Assembly: GCA_900291995.1 (NCBI GenBank)
Contig: OLMU01003073.1
Coordinates: 1 to 64,000, forward strand
Direction: 5' to 3'
DNA length: 64,000 nucleotides
Origin: Licmophora abbreviata
Taxonomy: Eukaryota
Made by a program: the position numbers and the translations under genes. Every line of letters starts with the position of its first letter. The first letter of the stretch is position 1. The notes under the pieces were generated by a model. The model ran no database searches. It worked only from the letters and a program-made list of their open reading frames with translations, and was not told the DNA's origin. Below, one piece after another: positions 35,013 through 46,881 of this stretch.

Positions 35013-35942
35013 TCACGCTTCCCGTCCAATGATCGGCATCTTGTTCACGTAAACATCTTGACCCTGAATCATACCCATGCAGTTGAGACCAGTCACAGCA
35101 ACGAATGCAAAGAAAACGCCAAAGAGAATCGCAGCAAAGATATTCGGTGTCATGTGTACGTAGTAGACCCCCTCCATGTCGTCGTCTCCATTGTCGGCAT
35201 TTTCTGTGCCATCTCCTCCTTCCTCAAGACGACGGCGATTTCCGAGCAGGACCGACTCACCCGCCATATGTTGGACCGACATCCGACGGCGATTGGCCAT
35301 GACGCGCTCGTGCTTGACCTCGTCAGTCGATCTGATTCCTGTCAGCACAACATTCTTGACAGCGACGTTATCAATTGCCTCCACCACCACCCGATCGATT
35401 TCGGATGCAGAAGTCGACGAAGGGATATTGACAATGACGACACTGGCCTTAGACAGAGCATTGGCTCGGTCTACTGCCTCCTCGTCAATGCCCAGGTTGG
35501 TAAGTTCGACTTCGGCGGCGGGAATTTTGTGTGTTCCTGACGTCATGCGAGAAAATTCATTTAAAGAAATTTCAACGGAGTTCGCCGTGTGGGTGCGAGC
35601 GAGGTTGGCCATGGCGAAAGGGGACTCGATGCCGGCGACGTGGTGATGAATGCAGTGCGCAGCGTCGTATTTCGATGCGACCCCGGTCAGAGAACCTGAA
35701 GAGGCGAGTTCAGAGAGCCTTTCGGTGCCATTTTGGGTGCGATCCAGCAAAAATACGGCCGCATCCAGTGATGAGCTATCGCTAGAGTCATGAATCACCT
35801 CGGACAAGACTGAAGCGGCGTTCACGGACGCTGACGAATGCAACACTGCTTCTGATGTATCCCTTCCAGTCTTCCATACTATTGCAGGAGCCGCAAGGGC
35901 GTACCCCAAAAGGGAGGAAAGTACGACGGTAGCGACCTTCAT
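35013..35942 (-). CDS. V-ATPase accessory subunit Ac45/ATP6AP1/Voa1-like type I membrane protein
   Basis: ATG 35942 with signal peptide; lumenal domain; RRRM and RRRL sites; C-terminal YVHMTPNIFAAILFGVFFAFVAVTGLNCMGMIQ resembling the Ac45/Voa1 TM. Confidence 0.7.
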   Translation of the reverse strand: MKVATVVLSSLLGYALAAPAIVWKTGRDTSEAVLHSSASVNAASVLSEVIHDSSDSSSLDAAVFLLDRTQNGTERLSELASSGSLTGVASKYDAAHCIHHHVAGIESPFAMANLARTHTANSVEISLNEFSRMTSGTHKIPAAEVELTNLGIDEEAVDRANALSKASVVIVNIPSSTSASEIDRVVVEAIDNVAVKNVVLTGIRSTDEVKHERVMANRRRMSVQHMAGESVLLGNRRRLEEGGDGTENADNGDDDMEGVYYVHMTPNIFAAILFGVFFAFVAVTGLNCMGMIQGQDVYVNKMPIIGREA

Positions 35943-36671
35943 CTTCCGATACAGCACAGGAAGTGTGTGTACAGCGGCGTGCGGCAGCGCCTCCGCCAAG
36001 ATTGCAGGTCCTTGAAATAATTTAACATATATTAATGATATATATGCTTCGCGGTTCGGCATTGATAGCCGCATATAGTAACTAATCTCACAATCATGTT
36101 TATTTAGTATTCATTTATCCCTACCCTTAATGCATGCGGGAAAAACTATACGAAGCTGTTCAATTGAAAAAAAAACTACTCCGGAGTATATGGTAGATCT
36201 ATGCTCGTTCATACACTTGTTCCGTCTATGGATCCGTTATAACCTTGGTGGCTGACATCAAATGCCAGTAATCTGCTCGTAGACAGGGGCACCTCTCGTC
36301 ACTCGCCCTACAGTGCACCCGATCGACGACTATGGAGTAAAGTGCCAGGTCTCTCCGCCTAGCTAGGACATGCCGATCTCCTCCGCCAAGTGAAAAGCCT
36401 AGGAGAACGTGGGGGTGTCGAAAACCCTGTTACACCGGTACACCGAAACCGTCCCGTCATCCAACATATGCCATTTTGTTCCTCTACGTCGTAGGTTACA
36501 TTTTACAAGCTATACCAACATACCAAGGCAAGCTAGCAAAAGAGTCGACTAGAAACCTAAATCTAGACGACAGCCAATGCATCACCGAAGTCTATACGAA
36601 GACATCATTGGCAAAAGACCGACTCAGCACCAAATCAAACAAACGTTCCGCTGCACTAGCATGTCAACTGT

Positions 36672-36683
36672 TTAATCCACCCG

Positions 36684-36719
<36 letters not shown>

Positions 36720-37798
36720 CGTCTTGGATCCCATGTCAGTGTCTCCGAGCTGAGTGGCAACAAACACACCTCCAATCTCTCCCTCGTCCTTGTTAACCTT
36801 GTTCACTTCCATCTCGATACGTCCCTGGCTAATGTCGAAGGTCTTGTTGTTCTCCTTGAAGAGTTCGTCGTCTCCTTCCTCTCCAGATTGAAGACCGGGA
36901 AGAGCAACTGCCATATCGTATCCAGTAGTTCCACCACGTCCCTTGGGGTCGAGGAAGAGACCAGTGCGGTAGGAAGGCACGTTGAAGTCTCCGCCCATCT
37001 GGAAGCCAGGCTTGAAGGCGCCGCCGTTGCCCTTGGCAACAAGGTCCTTGACGGTGAAGAGGAAAGGCACGCGTTCTCCTCCAGGAAGCTGAATCGTAGT
37101 GGCGGCGTAGTCAATTCCCTCCTGTTCGGTGAACACAATGTTTCCTCCAGAGCTGTCAAGCTTACCCTCGATTCCATCAAGAGTGTACGTCTGGCGCGTC
37201 ATGACCTTGGAGTTGACAAACTTCTTCTCGGTCTTGCCAGCCTTTCCAATCTCCTCCTCGACGGCCCATGCCTTAGGCTCGATGCACATGTCTACAAGCC
37301 TGGAACCTCCCTTGGGCGAGATCGAGTCCTCGCCGACGACCTCAGGGCAGCGGTTGGCAAGTCCAGTTCCTTTCACCTGCAAGTACGAAAGCTCGTTGAT
37401 CTCGCTCTTGGTCAAGGCCTGGGCAGGCGCGGCAGCGATACCGACGGCGACAGCTCCGGCAAGGGCAACCTTTCCGAAGTTGGCAATGTCATCCTTCAAC
37501 GACATCTGGAGTTGAGTGTTGCGCTGCGGTAAAAAATAAACAGCGGGGCAAGGTAAGGGCTCCGATCGAACACAAAGAAGTGCACTGGTAGTCTTGTACC
37601 GGATGACGTTCGGTTCTACGAAAACAAGAAAGCATACACTCGGACAGGCACGTTCGCTTTCGGGAGTTCCTATAACTCTCCAGATTCTCGGATTCCTCTG
37701 ATCCTATCCTCATTGACACTCACGTTGACAGCAGGTGCCGGGGCAAACGCCGAGGCGGAAGCCACGAGAGCAAGTGTAGCAGCGGCGGTGATCTTCAT
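36672..37798 (-). CDS. psbO: Photosystem II manganese-stabilising protein PsbO
   Basis: Exon 37798-37724 (ASASA-FAP) plus 37523-36672. YLQVKGTGLANRCP, QLPGGERVPFLFTVK, VPSYRTGLFLDPKGRG, DTDMGSK. Confidence 0.97.
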
Positions 37799-38574
37799 GG
37801 TGCAAAAGACTTTCGAGGGCCGAATTGTGATTTCCACCTTGAGGTTGCGATCGACTTCTACGCCGGAGCTGGTACTATTTCTACATGCGATCTTTCGTTG
37901 ACGCACGAAGAAAGATCCTTCTCCGGGTCCGGTTTGGGTTGAAGAAAATCCATTCTCTGTCTTGAAGTGATCGGTGAGATTCCATCAACTCGTAGATTGG
38001 AGACGTAGCCAAGGAGCCTCGGTGGCATCTTCTTGAACGTTGTCAGCCATCCACTGAATATTTACATGGGTTCGCACGAAACGAAGTCGATGAATACCGG
38101 TATAGACGAGCACAAAGACCAAAACGCGGAAAGATGGCGACTGCGACCATACATGCAGACAACCAATCTTTTAAGCAATGTCAGTTCTAGCATGTTGATC
38201 TAGTGCTGTGTAGGGTGAGGTTATTTCAAGATGGACCTCAAATGCCTACAGCAGAAGAACTCGTACTCATTATAGTACACCTCCTCGGTTGGGAGCGACC
38301 GTCCGAATGAGCTAACATGCGGTCGTCTACTCACCTAGATGTACCACAGATTGTTCAGGCACAAAGGGAAGAACTAGGATCGCAAGCTCTACGTTATGAG
38401 TCGGGGTGCGGGTATGAACACATATTTAGAAGTTGCATTAAACTGCATTAGCGTGTGTAGATATTGATGCGGAGGTGCACGATGCAACCTTCTGCTTAGA
38501 TCCGTCTTTCCGCGGCAGGGAAAGCAAGGTATTAGAGAGCACAAGCAGCTCGATAGATATGACACAAGATGCAG

Positions 38575-38880
38575 CTACACAGTCCCGTAGCCTAGAGTAA
38601 AACCTAGGGCCAAGGAGACGATGCAGGCAACAGCTCCTGTGGCGTATCCAACCACGGCATCGTCGTCGTCGAGATTGACGATCTGCACAGCCACGAAGGC
38701 AGGCTGGGGGTTGGGCGCAGTGTCCTCTCCTTGTGCATCCATGGCATCCATAACGCTGCCACCGCTTGTGCTGGAACTAAGCGAGAAGGCTGGTCTCTTG
38801 TTCGGATCACGCTTCTTGGTGAAGGCGGAGGTGCCGTGCACGGCCGCCGCCATCAATACGACAACCGTCAAGAACCTCAT
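38575..38880 (-). CDS. Small (101 aa) putative plastid-targeted single-helix membrane protein
   Basis: Signal peptide ending TSA-F, Ser/Lys-rich transit-like region, DDDD, then a terminal TM VVGYATGAVACIVSLALGFTLGY. Confidence 0.65.
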   Translation of the reverse strand: MRFLTVVVLMAAAVHGTSAFTKKRDPNKRPAFSLSSSTSGGSVMDAMDAQGEDTAPNPQPAFVAVQIVNLDDDDAVVGYATGAVACIVSLALGFTLGYGTV

Positions 38881-39488
38881 TACTCCGAGCGACTAATGGA
38901 AAGAAAATGAAGAGAAAGGCCGTGTCAGCCGACAAAGAGCATCGGGATCAACACTTGAATCAATCAAGATCGAGTCATGCTTTCAGCCAGACTAGTGTTC
39001 GGAGCGGGCGAATTCCGGAGAAAACAGGAGCTTATGATGTCCTCTTCAAGATTTCGCAGCGCTCGGCATGTCGCTGTCTGTGAAGCCCCACCGATCTCTC
39101 TTCTTGGCAATACATAAACTCACTTTGTCGACGCTTGGATTCGTTGCCCCGGGCAACAAAGCAGCGAACGATCGCTGCGTTGGGTTCTCCGATTAAAGAA
39201 GTGATACCATTTTCGAGGCTCTCGCCAACTCTCCGTACATACTTCGTATAGGTAGCAGAAATTGAATCGAGAGGTACGGAGATCACGTGCATTCTACGTA
39301 ATAGGTTATGGGATAAAAAGATCCGGGTGCCCTGTTTTTACTGCGTTCGGCGCTCGGCGGGGATGGCTATCTCATATCAACCTGTTAGGTCTATTAGCTA
39401 TCGTTCGGCACGAAGTGAAAGGCTTGTCTACTCACGAAAATTTTTCTACAGTTCTCGCACTCTTATCTAAAGTCGGGGAGCGCGATCA

Positions 39489-42400
39489 TTACCAAAGGAT
39501 TGCCGCAGATACGGCACCCACAATGACAGCAACAGCCGACACTGAGCCTCGACTTGCAGAGGACGACTCGCATACTGTCTCTCCATAATAGCGAGATTCG
39601 TCGGCGCATGGTTGGCAAGCTGAGGTGTCATCGCGCTGTCGTCCTAGAGCACTTGCCGTTCCCGGTGGACAGAGAATGGCGTCACAACCAAAGGTTTCAA
39701 CAGTTCCCCCGTTCCATGCACTGTTGTCGCAGAGACTCGCTGGAAGCCCCACAATCATGTTCTGTCTAAGGTAGATCGTCAATCTAGTGAAACGATCCAA
39801 TGCACCAGGTATAGTTCCTGTTAGATGATTTTCGGCCAAGTTAACTTGGACCGAAGCCGTGGGTGATATCCGATCCAAGAATGCACCTGGGATGGGGCCT
39901 CTCAATTTGTTGTCAGAGAGATCAATAATCGTGAGTCCATTCATGTCTTCAAATGATGGCAGCGGTCCGTTGAAGCTATTTGATCCCAGTCGAAGAGTTC
40001 GCAGATACCGCAATTTGCTGAATGTGTCAGGCAAAGGGCCCGCAAATCTATTGTTTGCCATGTTGAGAATTCGAAGGTTTGTCAGACTCAAGATGCCTTC
40101 CGGGAAAGTCGTCTCAATAGTATTGTAGTTTAGGTCGAGTCGAATCAACCCCGTAGCCTTTTCAACGCCGTCGAGCGACGATAGACCTACGCCGTCGAGC
40201 TTCAACTCAAACAAGTTTTTTGCACTTCCGATGTTGTCAAAACTGAAGTCAATTGGGTTGTAGCTGAAGTCCAGGAACTGGAGTCGAGGGAGGTCAAACA
40301 GATCATCGCTCAGCGTACCAACCACATTATTCGCGGAAAGCTGAATCGCAATCACCGATCCTGTTGCATCGCATGAGATACCGTACCAATCGCAAATCTC
40401 GACGTCGTCCTTTGCCCAGTTCTGGCGCTTGTACCACGCGCTTCCTCCACATGCCTGATAGAACCGATTCAGAATTCTCTTCTCCGTCTTCGTTTCGTCG
40501 CACGTCACACTCCCGTAGTATATAGCTGTATTGCTGGAGTCGCAAAGGTCACAGTTCACCGTGCCATTTTTTCGTCCAATGACGCTAGCGGTGCTGGGAG
40601 GGCAAAGGAATGCGTCGCAACCATAGTCCCCAACACCCCCATCCATCCACCCCGTATTGTCGCAGAATTCCATGGGAAAGGCGGTGACTTCGTTCGCTTC
40701 CAGCTGAAGATTGACAGAATCCAGAAAGTCCAGCTCGGACGGCACCGCCCCAGACAACCGATTGTAGCCAAGACTGATAACATCCGCGTTCGTAGACGCA
40801 CTAATAAAGTTCTGTGGGATCGTCCCCGTCAAATCATTGCGGTCGAGGTAGAGGTCGCGGAGAAGAGGCAGCTGGTCGAACGACGGAAGCGATCCAAAGA
40901 GTTTAGGACCTGACTTCGCGTTTCGGTACAGGGACAGTATCCTTAGTCGCGGTAGGGAGGAGAGCTCCACGGGGATAGAGCCTGACAACAGATTCTCCGA
41001 TAGAACTGTAGAGAACGACAGTTTGTATCAGTCTGAGAGACACCATCAAACGCAAATGACACGACCGATCACCGTTCTTCGCTTCTGCCTTACCTATGGC
41101 TTCGAGAGAAGACAGGGAGCCAAGCTCACTCGGAATTTCGCCACTGATATCGTTGTCAAAGGCGTAAAAGTTCACCAGATTCGTGAGCTGGGCTATCCGT
41201 GTCGACAGCACCCCCGAGAAAAGGTTGTACGCCAGGAAAATTCCATTGAGCTTCGTGAGCTCAAAGATTTCGTCGGGTAGCGTCCCAGTTAGCCCGTTTC
41301 CGGTGAGGTGCAACTCTCGAAGCTCCGAGGCTGCTGATATGCCATTAATGTTCGGGAGATTTACTCTCGATACATACAGAAGTTCCAGGTGTTGCGCTTC
41401 TGCCAACCCGTCCATAGCGACGCGGAGATCGGGGTTATTTCCCACCTTGAGCACCTCTAAAGAAGGCAGCATGAATGTCTCGGAGGGAAGCCGCCCTACA
41501 AGATTGTTATCGTCCAAATCCAAGGAAGTGACACCACTGTCATCGTTCTCTCCTCCATTTGTGCAATTAACACCTGACCAGGTGCAGATTGGTGAATTCG
41601 AGTTCCAATTTTGTGATGTAGTCCAGTCGTCTCCTCCCGTGTTAGCGTAGATCCGCTCGAGGATATCTCTCTCGTCACCGCCGAAGCCGCCGCAACTTGT
41701 TTGACCCACGTATGAAACGGCAGGAGCCTCGCCGCACGGCAGGCATGAGGCGCTTGATCCAGGAGCTTCTTGTTTCCCTGTTGTAGTGTAGGAGCCTCTG
41801 GCGCACGCGATGGCGTCGCAGCTGTTGATAGCCCCAACCGCATTCATCATCCACATGGGGTTGTCACACAGCGTATCTGGAATGGATGTAAACTTATTGC
41901 CGACAATTCCAAGATCCAAAATCGCAAATTTGTCTAGCGTTGCCGGGACAGCTCCCTGCATTTCATTGAAACTCAGATTGACGGTCACAGACTGGTTTGT
42001 CTGGGCCGAGTTCTCCATGAAATTCACAGGTATTACTCCCGTCATGTCATTGCTCGAAACATCGAAATACCACACGAGCGGGGCGGCCTCTAGAGTGGGC
42101 AAAGGGCCGGAAAGGACCTCTTCGCCTTGTTGGTCATAGAGCGACAGCTGTTCTAGCTTGGGAAGCGAACTGAACTCTGTAGGTACGGCCCCCTTCAATT
42201 GGTTCCTTGACATGATGAACTCCTTCACATTCGTTAGTTTTCCGACTTCGGTTGGAATGGTTCCAGACACCAGGTTTTCAAACATGTAGAACTCAATCAA
42301 ATTTGAAAGATTTGCAATGTCGGCGCTTAGTGTTCCCGTAAAGGAGTTATACGACATGAACAGATTTCGCAAGTTGGTAAGAGTGAAGATCTCCGGTGGT

Positions 42401-45400
42401 ATTTCGCCCGGGAGAGCATTGTTGGTGAAGTGAGCTCGATGCAACGACGAAGCGCGACCTAGCCCTTCGAGCGTCGCCAATCCAGTGTCTGACAGCTTGA
42501 GACTTGTGAGCTGGTTGTTGACCGGGATGTCCTGGAAGTTGAGAGGCACAAAATTGCCTAGAAAATAGAGGGCGCGTGTAGGTGCATTGGTCAGAGATGA
42601 AGGTTGGTTTATCTGGTCAGCAAAAATGAGTCTTACCTTTCAAGTCGACGTCTCTCAGCTTCGGAAGGGCGAATAAAAGCTCCGAGACGTCGTTTCCGAC
42701 GCTTTCGAGATTGTTGCTCTCCAGCGAGATTTCAATAACTTCTCCGCCTTCACAGGTGATCCCAAACCATGTACAAACACCGCGTTTCGACACCCAATTT
42801 GTCTGAGTGATCCAGTTCGTACCATTCAGCTGTCGATACAGATCCTCCAGGAGCTGTCGCTCTAGAGCAGATTCGTCTGGAGTACACCTGACGGATCCGT
42901 AGTAGGGCGCATCGGCCGTCCCAGCAGGACATGTTTCACAGGGCGTGCCGGCCTCCGATTGGCGACCCAGTTCCAAAGCAGTTCCGGGAGGACACAAGAT
43001 TGCATCGCAAGTACCGAGCGTTCCGACGGTACCGCCCATCCACTCCGCGTTATCCCCGTCGCAGAGCTCTTGTGATAAATCGTCAATCTTGTTTCCTTCG
43101 AGTAGTATTCTCAGTTTTTGAAAATCGTTCAATGAGACAGGAACTGGACCAGTGAGTTCGTTGTAAGCCAGGTTCACGATTATGTCTGCCCCCTTTGCAG
43201 CCGACGACAAGAAACCTTCTGGAATTGAGCCTATGAGGTCGTTGCCGCTGAGATTGATCTTGGTAATCGCCGACAGACTGTCGAAAGAGGGGAGGGGTCC
43301 AGAAAGCCTCTTCGAGCCTCTTTGATCAGACAGATCGATCTGCTGCAAGAAGGGGAGCTCAATTAGTTCGGATGGCAAGGGTCCAAAAAACTCATTTCCT
43401 GACATCTTCAGCGATTTCAGATCGCCAATGAGCCCGAGCTCAGTTGGCAAGCCCCCCTTCAGCCTGTTTTGACTCAAGTTGATTTCCGTCAGGCTAATCA
43501 TGTCGCCTATCGCAGAACTGAGCTCACCAGTAAACAGATTATTCTGCAAAAACATCATGCGAACATTGTGCAGAAGGTAGATGTCATTTGGAATCATCCC
43601 CTCTATCTGATTGTCAGCAAGATGAATCTCGGCTAAGCTATCAGGCGCGCTACTGAGGCGATCAAGGGTGCGAAGCTTGGTGTTGGACATCTGTAGCGTT
43701 TGGAGTTTAGTGGCATGTTCAATACCGAAAAAGTCGAGCTCGACTTCATTGTGTGAAAAGCCGAGAAGCCGGACGTCTGGAAGCCTGTATATCTCTGGAG
43801 GAATCAACCCTTGTAAGCCGTTGTTTTGTAGGTGGACCTCGATAACGCCTGAATTATCGTCGTCACCACCGCAGACGATACCCAGACGATGACAAATTCC
43901 GACACCAGGTGTGGTCCAGTTCGTAGCGTCCGTCCAGTTCCGTCCCCCCGTCAAGTCATAAAGACTATCCAGTATCCTCATTTCGGGATTTGGGTTCGTC
44001 TCAGAGCCACAGTACGTACTCCCGTAGAACTCTTCTGACGGACACGGCATGCACGTAGCATTCAGCCTCGAGGTGGCCTTTCCAAACAAGTTCCACGTAT
44101 TCGGCGGGCACATAATGGCGTCACAGGAGCCCACCTTCCCGACTTCACCATCCATCCAATCCGCCTCGTTGCAGAGCTCGAGAGGTATGTTGGTGATCTC
44201 GTTACCTTCGAGACGAATGTTCATATTATCGAACTCACGAAGCTCTTTTGGAACGCCACCCCCTAAGTTGTTGAAGCTCAAGCCTACGTTCATCTCTCTA
44301 TTTCTTTTGTCCGTCACACCGGCGAGGAAATCCGACGGGATCGCTCCTGTGAAAGAGTTTGAATCAAGTTCAAGATCGGTCAACACTGCGAAGGAGGCAA
44401 ACGAGGGGAGTGGCCCGCTCAGTGTCCCTTCCGCTTGATGAAAGTGGAGCTTCTCTAGGCGTCCGAGGTTGCCCAGCTCTTCAGGCAATTCTCCCATGAT
44501 CTTGTTTTCGGAAAGTTCCAGAACATGTAGCATGACCAAACGTCCAATCTCAGACGGTAACGATCCCACCAATTCGTTGCCGTAGAGGTTGAGCCTACAA
44601 TGGAGAGAACACAAAAGCACGAAATGAGTTCAAATCTGCGCGGCCTGCATGTTCTTGATGACAAAAATGGTCGGCAGGACAACATACACTTTGAGGCCTG
44701 TCATATCTCCGATATCCGTAGGAAGCGTCCCCGTGAACGAGCTGTACTCGCAGTGAAGTCGCTCAAGGTCAGTTAACTTGAAAAGATCAGCCGGCATGGG
44801 CGAGACAAAATCAATTCCGTCCAGCACAAGGTTTCTTAGCGACGTTGCAGCCCCAATACCCGTCACGTCGTCTACCTTGGTGCCTGCTAGAATTAACTTG
44901 TCCAGCGTGGTCGACTTGGCGAGAGCACCAAAGGCTAGTCTCGGATTCAGCGTGACGGAATTTCTGGCGACGTTCAACGTCTTGAGAGCGGTTAGCTTGA
45001 AAACTTGATGCGGGAGTTCGCCAATCAGTCTATTGTCAGGCAGTTCAATTGCTGTAATCTTGTCGTCGTCGTTGCATGAGATTCCGTGAAACAGCTCACA
45101 ATATGAGGTTTGAGTATTCCCCGCGAGATCGTCGATATCCTGATCCACAAGAATGCTTTCAAAGGACTGCCAGCCATCCTTGACGGTCCAATCGGGTCCA
45201 CGCAACGATACAAACAACGTTGCCAATGTCTGTAGTTCCGTCAAGGAGTCGCTCCCTTCCGGCACACAGCTTGTACTGCCCAAATATTCCGCCTGAGCAC
45301 ATTCCTCGCAAGGCAGATCGTCCGACTCCTGTCGTCCAGCCCCATTCGAGAAACCTGCAGGACATAATATCGCATCGCAACCAAATTCTTCCACCAAACC

Positions 45401-46471
45401 ATTCATCCACGTCTTCTTGTCGCAGAAATCTTCCGGGAAACCTTCGATCATGTTGTCCACGAGATCGATATTGAGATTCGAGAATCGTCCCAGCTCTGTC
45501 GGTACGGATCCCTCGATGTTGTTATTACTCAGACCAACCGTGACAGACAGAGTTGTTTCCGTGTGCTGCAGAAACCGAGATGGGATCGTTCCTTCAATCT
45601 CATTGCCGTCCAAGTAGAGTTCCGTCAGCTTCGGCATATCCTTGAACAAGGGCAGACGTCCACCAATTCTGCCTTTGCCCTCTCGATTGTTGTGAAGCGA
45701 AAATGTTTTGAGATTGAGCATGCTTTCTATTTCCTTCGGAATGCTACCAGACAATAGATTCTCTGCCATGGTAAAGATCTCGACGCGTCCCAAATTGCCA
45801 ATCTGGGTCGGCATTTGTCCCGTGAGCAAGTTGTCGTATAGATAGAGCCATTCGAGATCAGTCATCTTGCCAATTGAGGTTGGAAGCGTGCCAGTCAGTT
45901 TATTGAAGCTTAGATAGAGTTTTTGCATCTTGGTCAACTGCGTAATCTCGACGGGAAAGGGCCCAGCGAGCAGATTCTGTGTAAAGTGCACTTCAGTAAG
46001 CGAATCTGGAGCATCGCCAATTCCTTCCACCGTAGCCAGGCTGTTCTGCGCAAAGTACAACTGCTCCAATACTTTGGATTCTTTCATCCCACTCAGACCA
46101 CCATCCGTGATTTCGTTGTCTTGCAGATCCACCACTTTCAAAGTTTCGATCTCGTAGAGTTCCGGGGGGATCTTCCCAATTAAGTTGTTGGAAGGGAGCC
46201 GTATCGAAGTGACTTTGTCGTTGTCATCGCAGGTGATTCCAAACCAGTCGCAGATTGGATCATTGGACTTCCATCCTTCGTTCTCGACCCAACCATCGCC
46301 CTTGGCGTCCATGTACAAGAGCGAGAGACGGTCCTCATCGGAGTCCGATTGTGCGTTCGCAAATCGAGTTTCGGCGATCAGGACTGGGACTAACAACATT
46401 GATATTAGACAAGAGGACACCAGCCGCGATCCTCGCCATCGTCGCCGCCCCCATGACCGTAACATGGTCAT
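39489..46471 (-). CDS. Giant cell-surface LRR protein (~2240 aa), six tandem capped LRR modules, probable GPI anchor
   Basis: Exons 46471-44688, 44594-42637, 42557-41094 and 41005-39489 total 6723 nt in frame, with LRR register kept across introns. Signal peptide; six N-caps and six CDAI.CP C-caps; ends SSSASRGSVSAVAVIVGAVSAAILW*. Confidence 0.9.
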
Positions 46472-46881
46472 GTTGAGAGCTTCGTAGACGTCTCGGGGAG
46501 CTCTCAATTCAGTGAACTAATCAACAATGATGCTCTTCCTATCATACACAACGGTTGTTTGACTCACAACAACAAGACCTTTTTTTGCAAATTGGCCGAA
46601 AATCGATGTGCGTCTTCTCGAGAGTTGGCGCGCAGAAGCCGTACCGGTACTGGCACGCTCGCGGAATGAGAACCCTGAAGACTCTCACATAGAATATGTA
46701 CTGAGTTCTACGTGGAGGCGTATAGAGAACCCCAGTTCTGACATCACATGCGAACCCCGAAATTCGGCATCGCGTCTTCTGGCATCAATCACGGCGCGGT
46801 ATCGCGACGACAAAGAATGCTCTGCGGATACCTCTTCGCGACTCTTATTCTCTCTACAACCCTTGACATTGACGGAATGCC

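Noticed and set aside
36240..36470. GC-rich intergenic stretch considered as a structured ncRNA
   Set aside because: No recognisable tRNA, snRNA, SRP or RNase P/MRP motifs by eye. An Infernal/Rfam scan would be needed.
36888..37532. Long antisense ORFs over psbO, and similar ones over other genes
   Set aside because: Shadow ORFs caused by codon bias in the sense gene; no motifs of their own.
39489..46507. Four separate LRR genes, as the ORF track suggests
   Set aside because: Canonical GT-AG introns of 79-93 nt join them in frame, and only the first ORF has a signal peptide.
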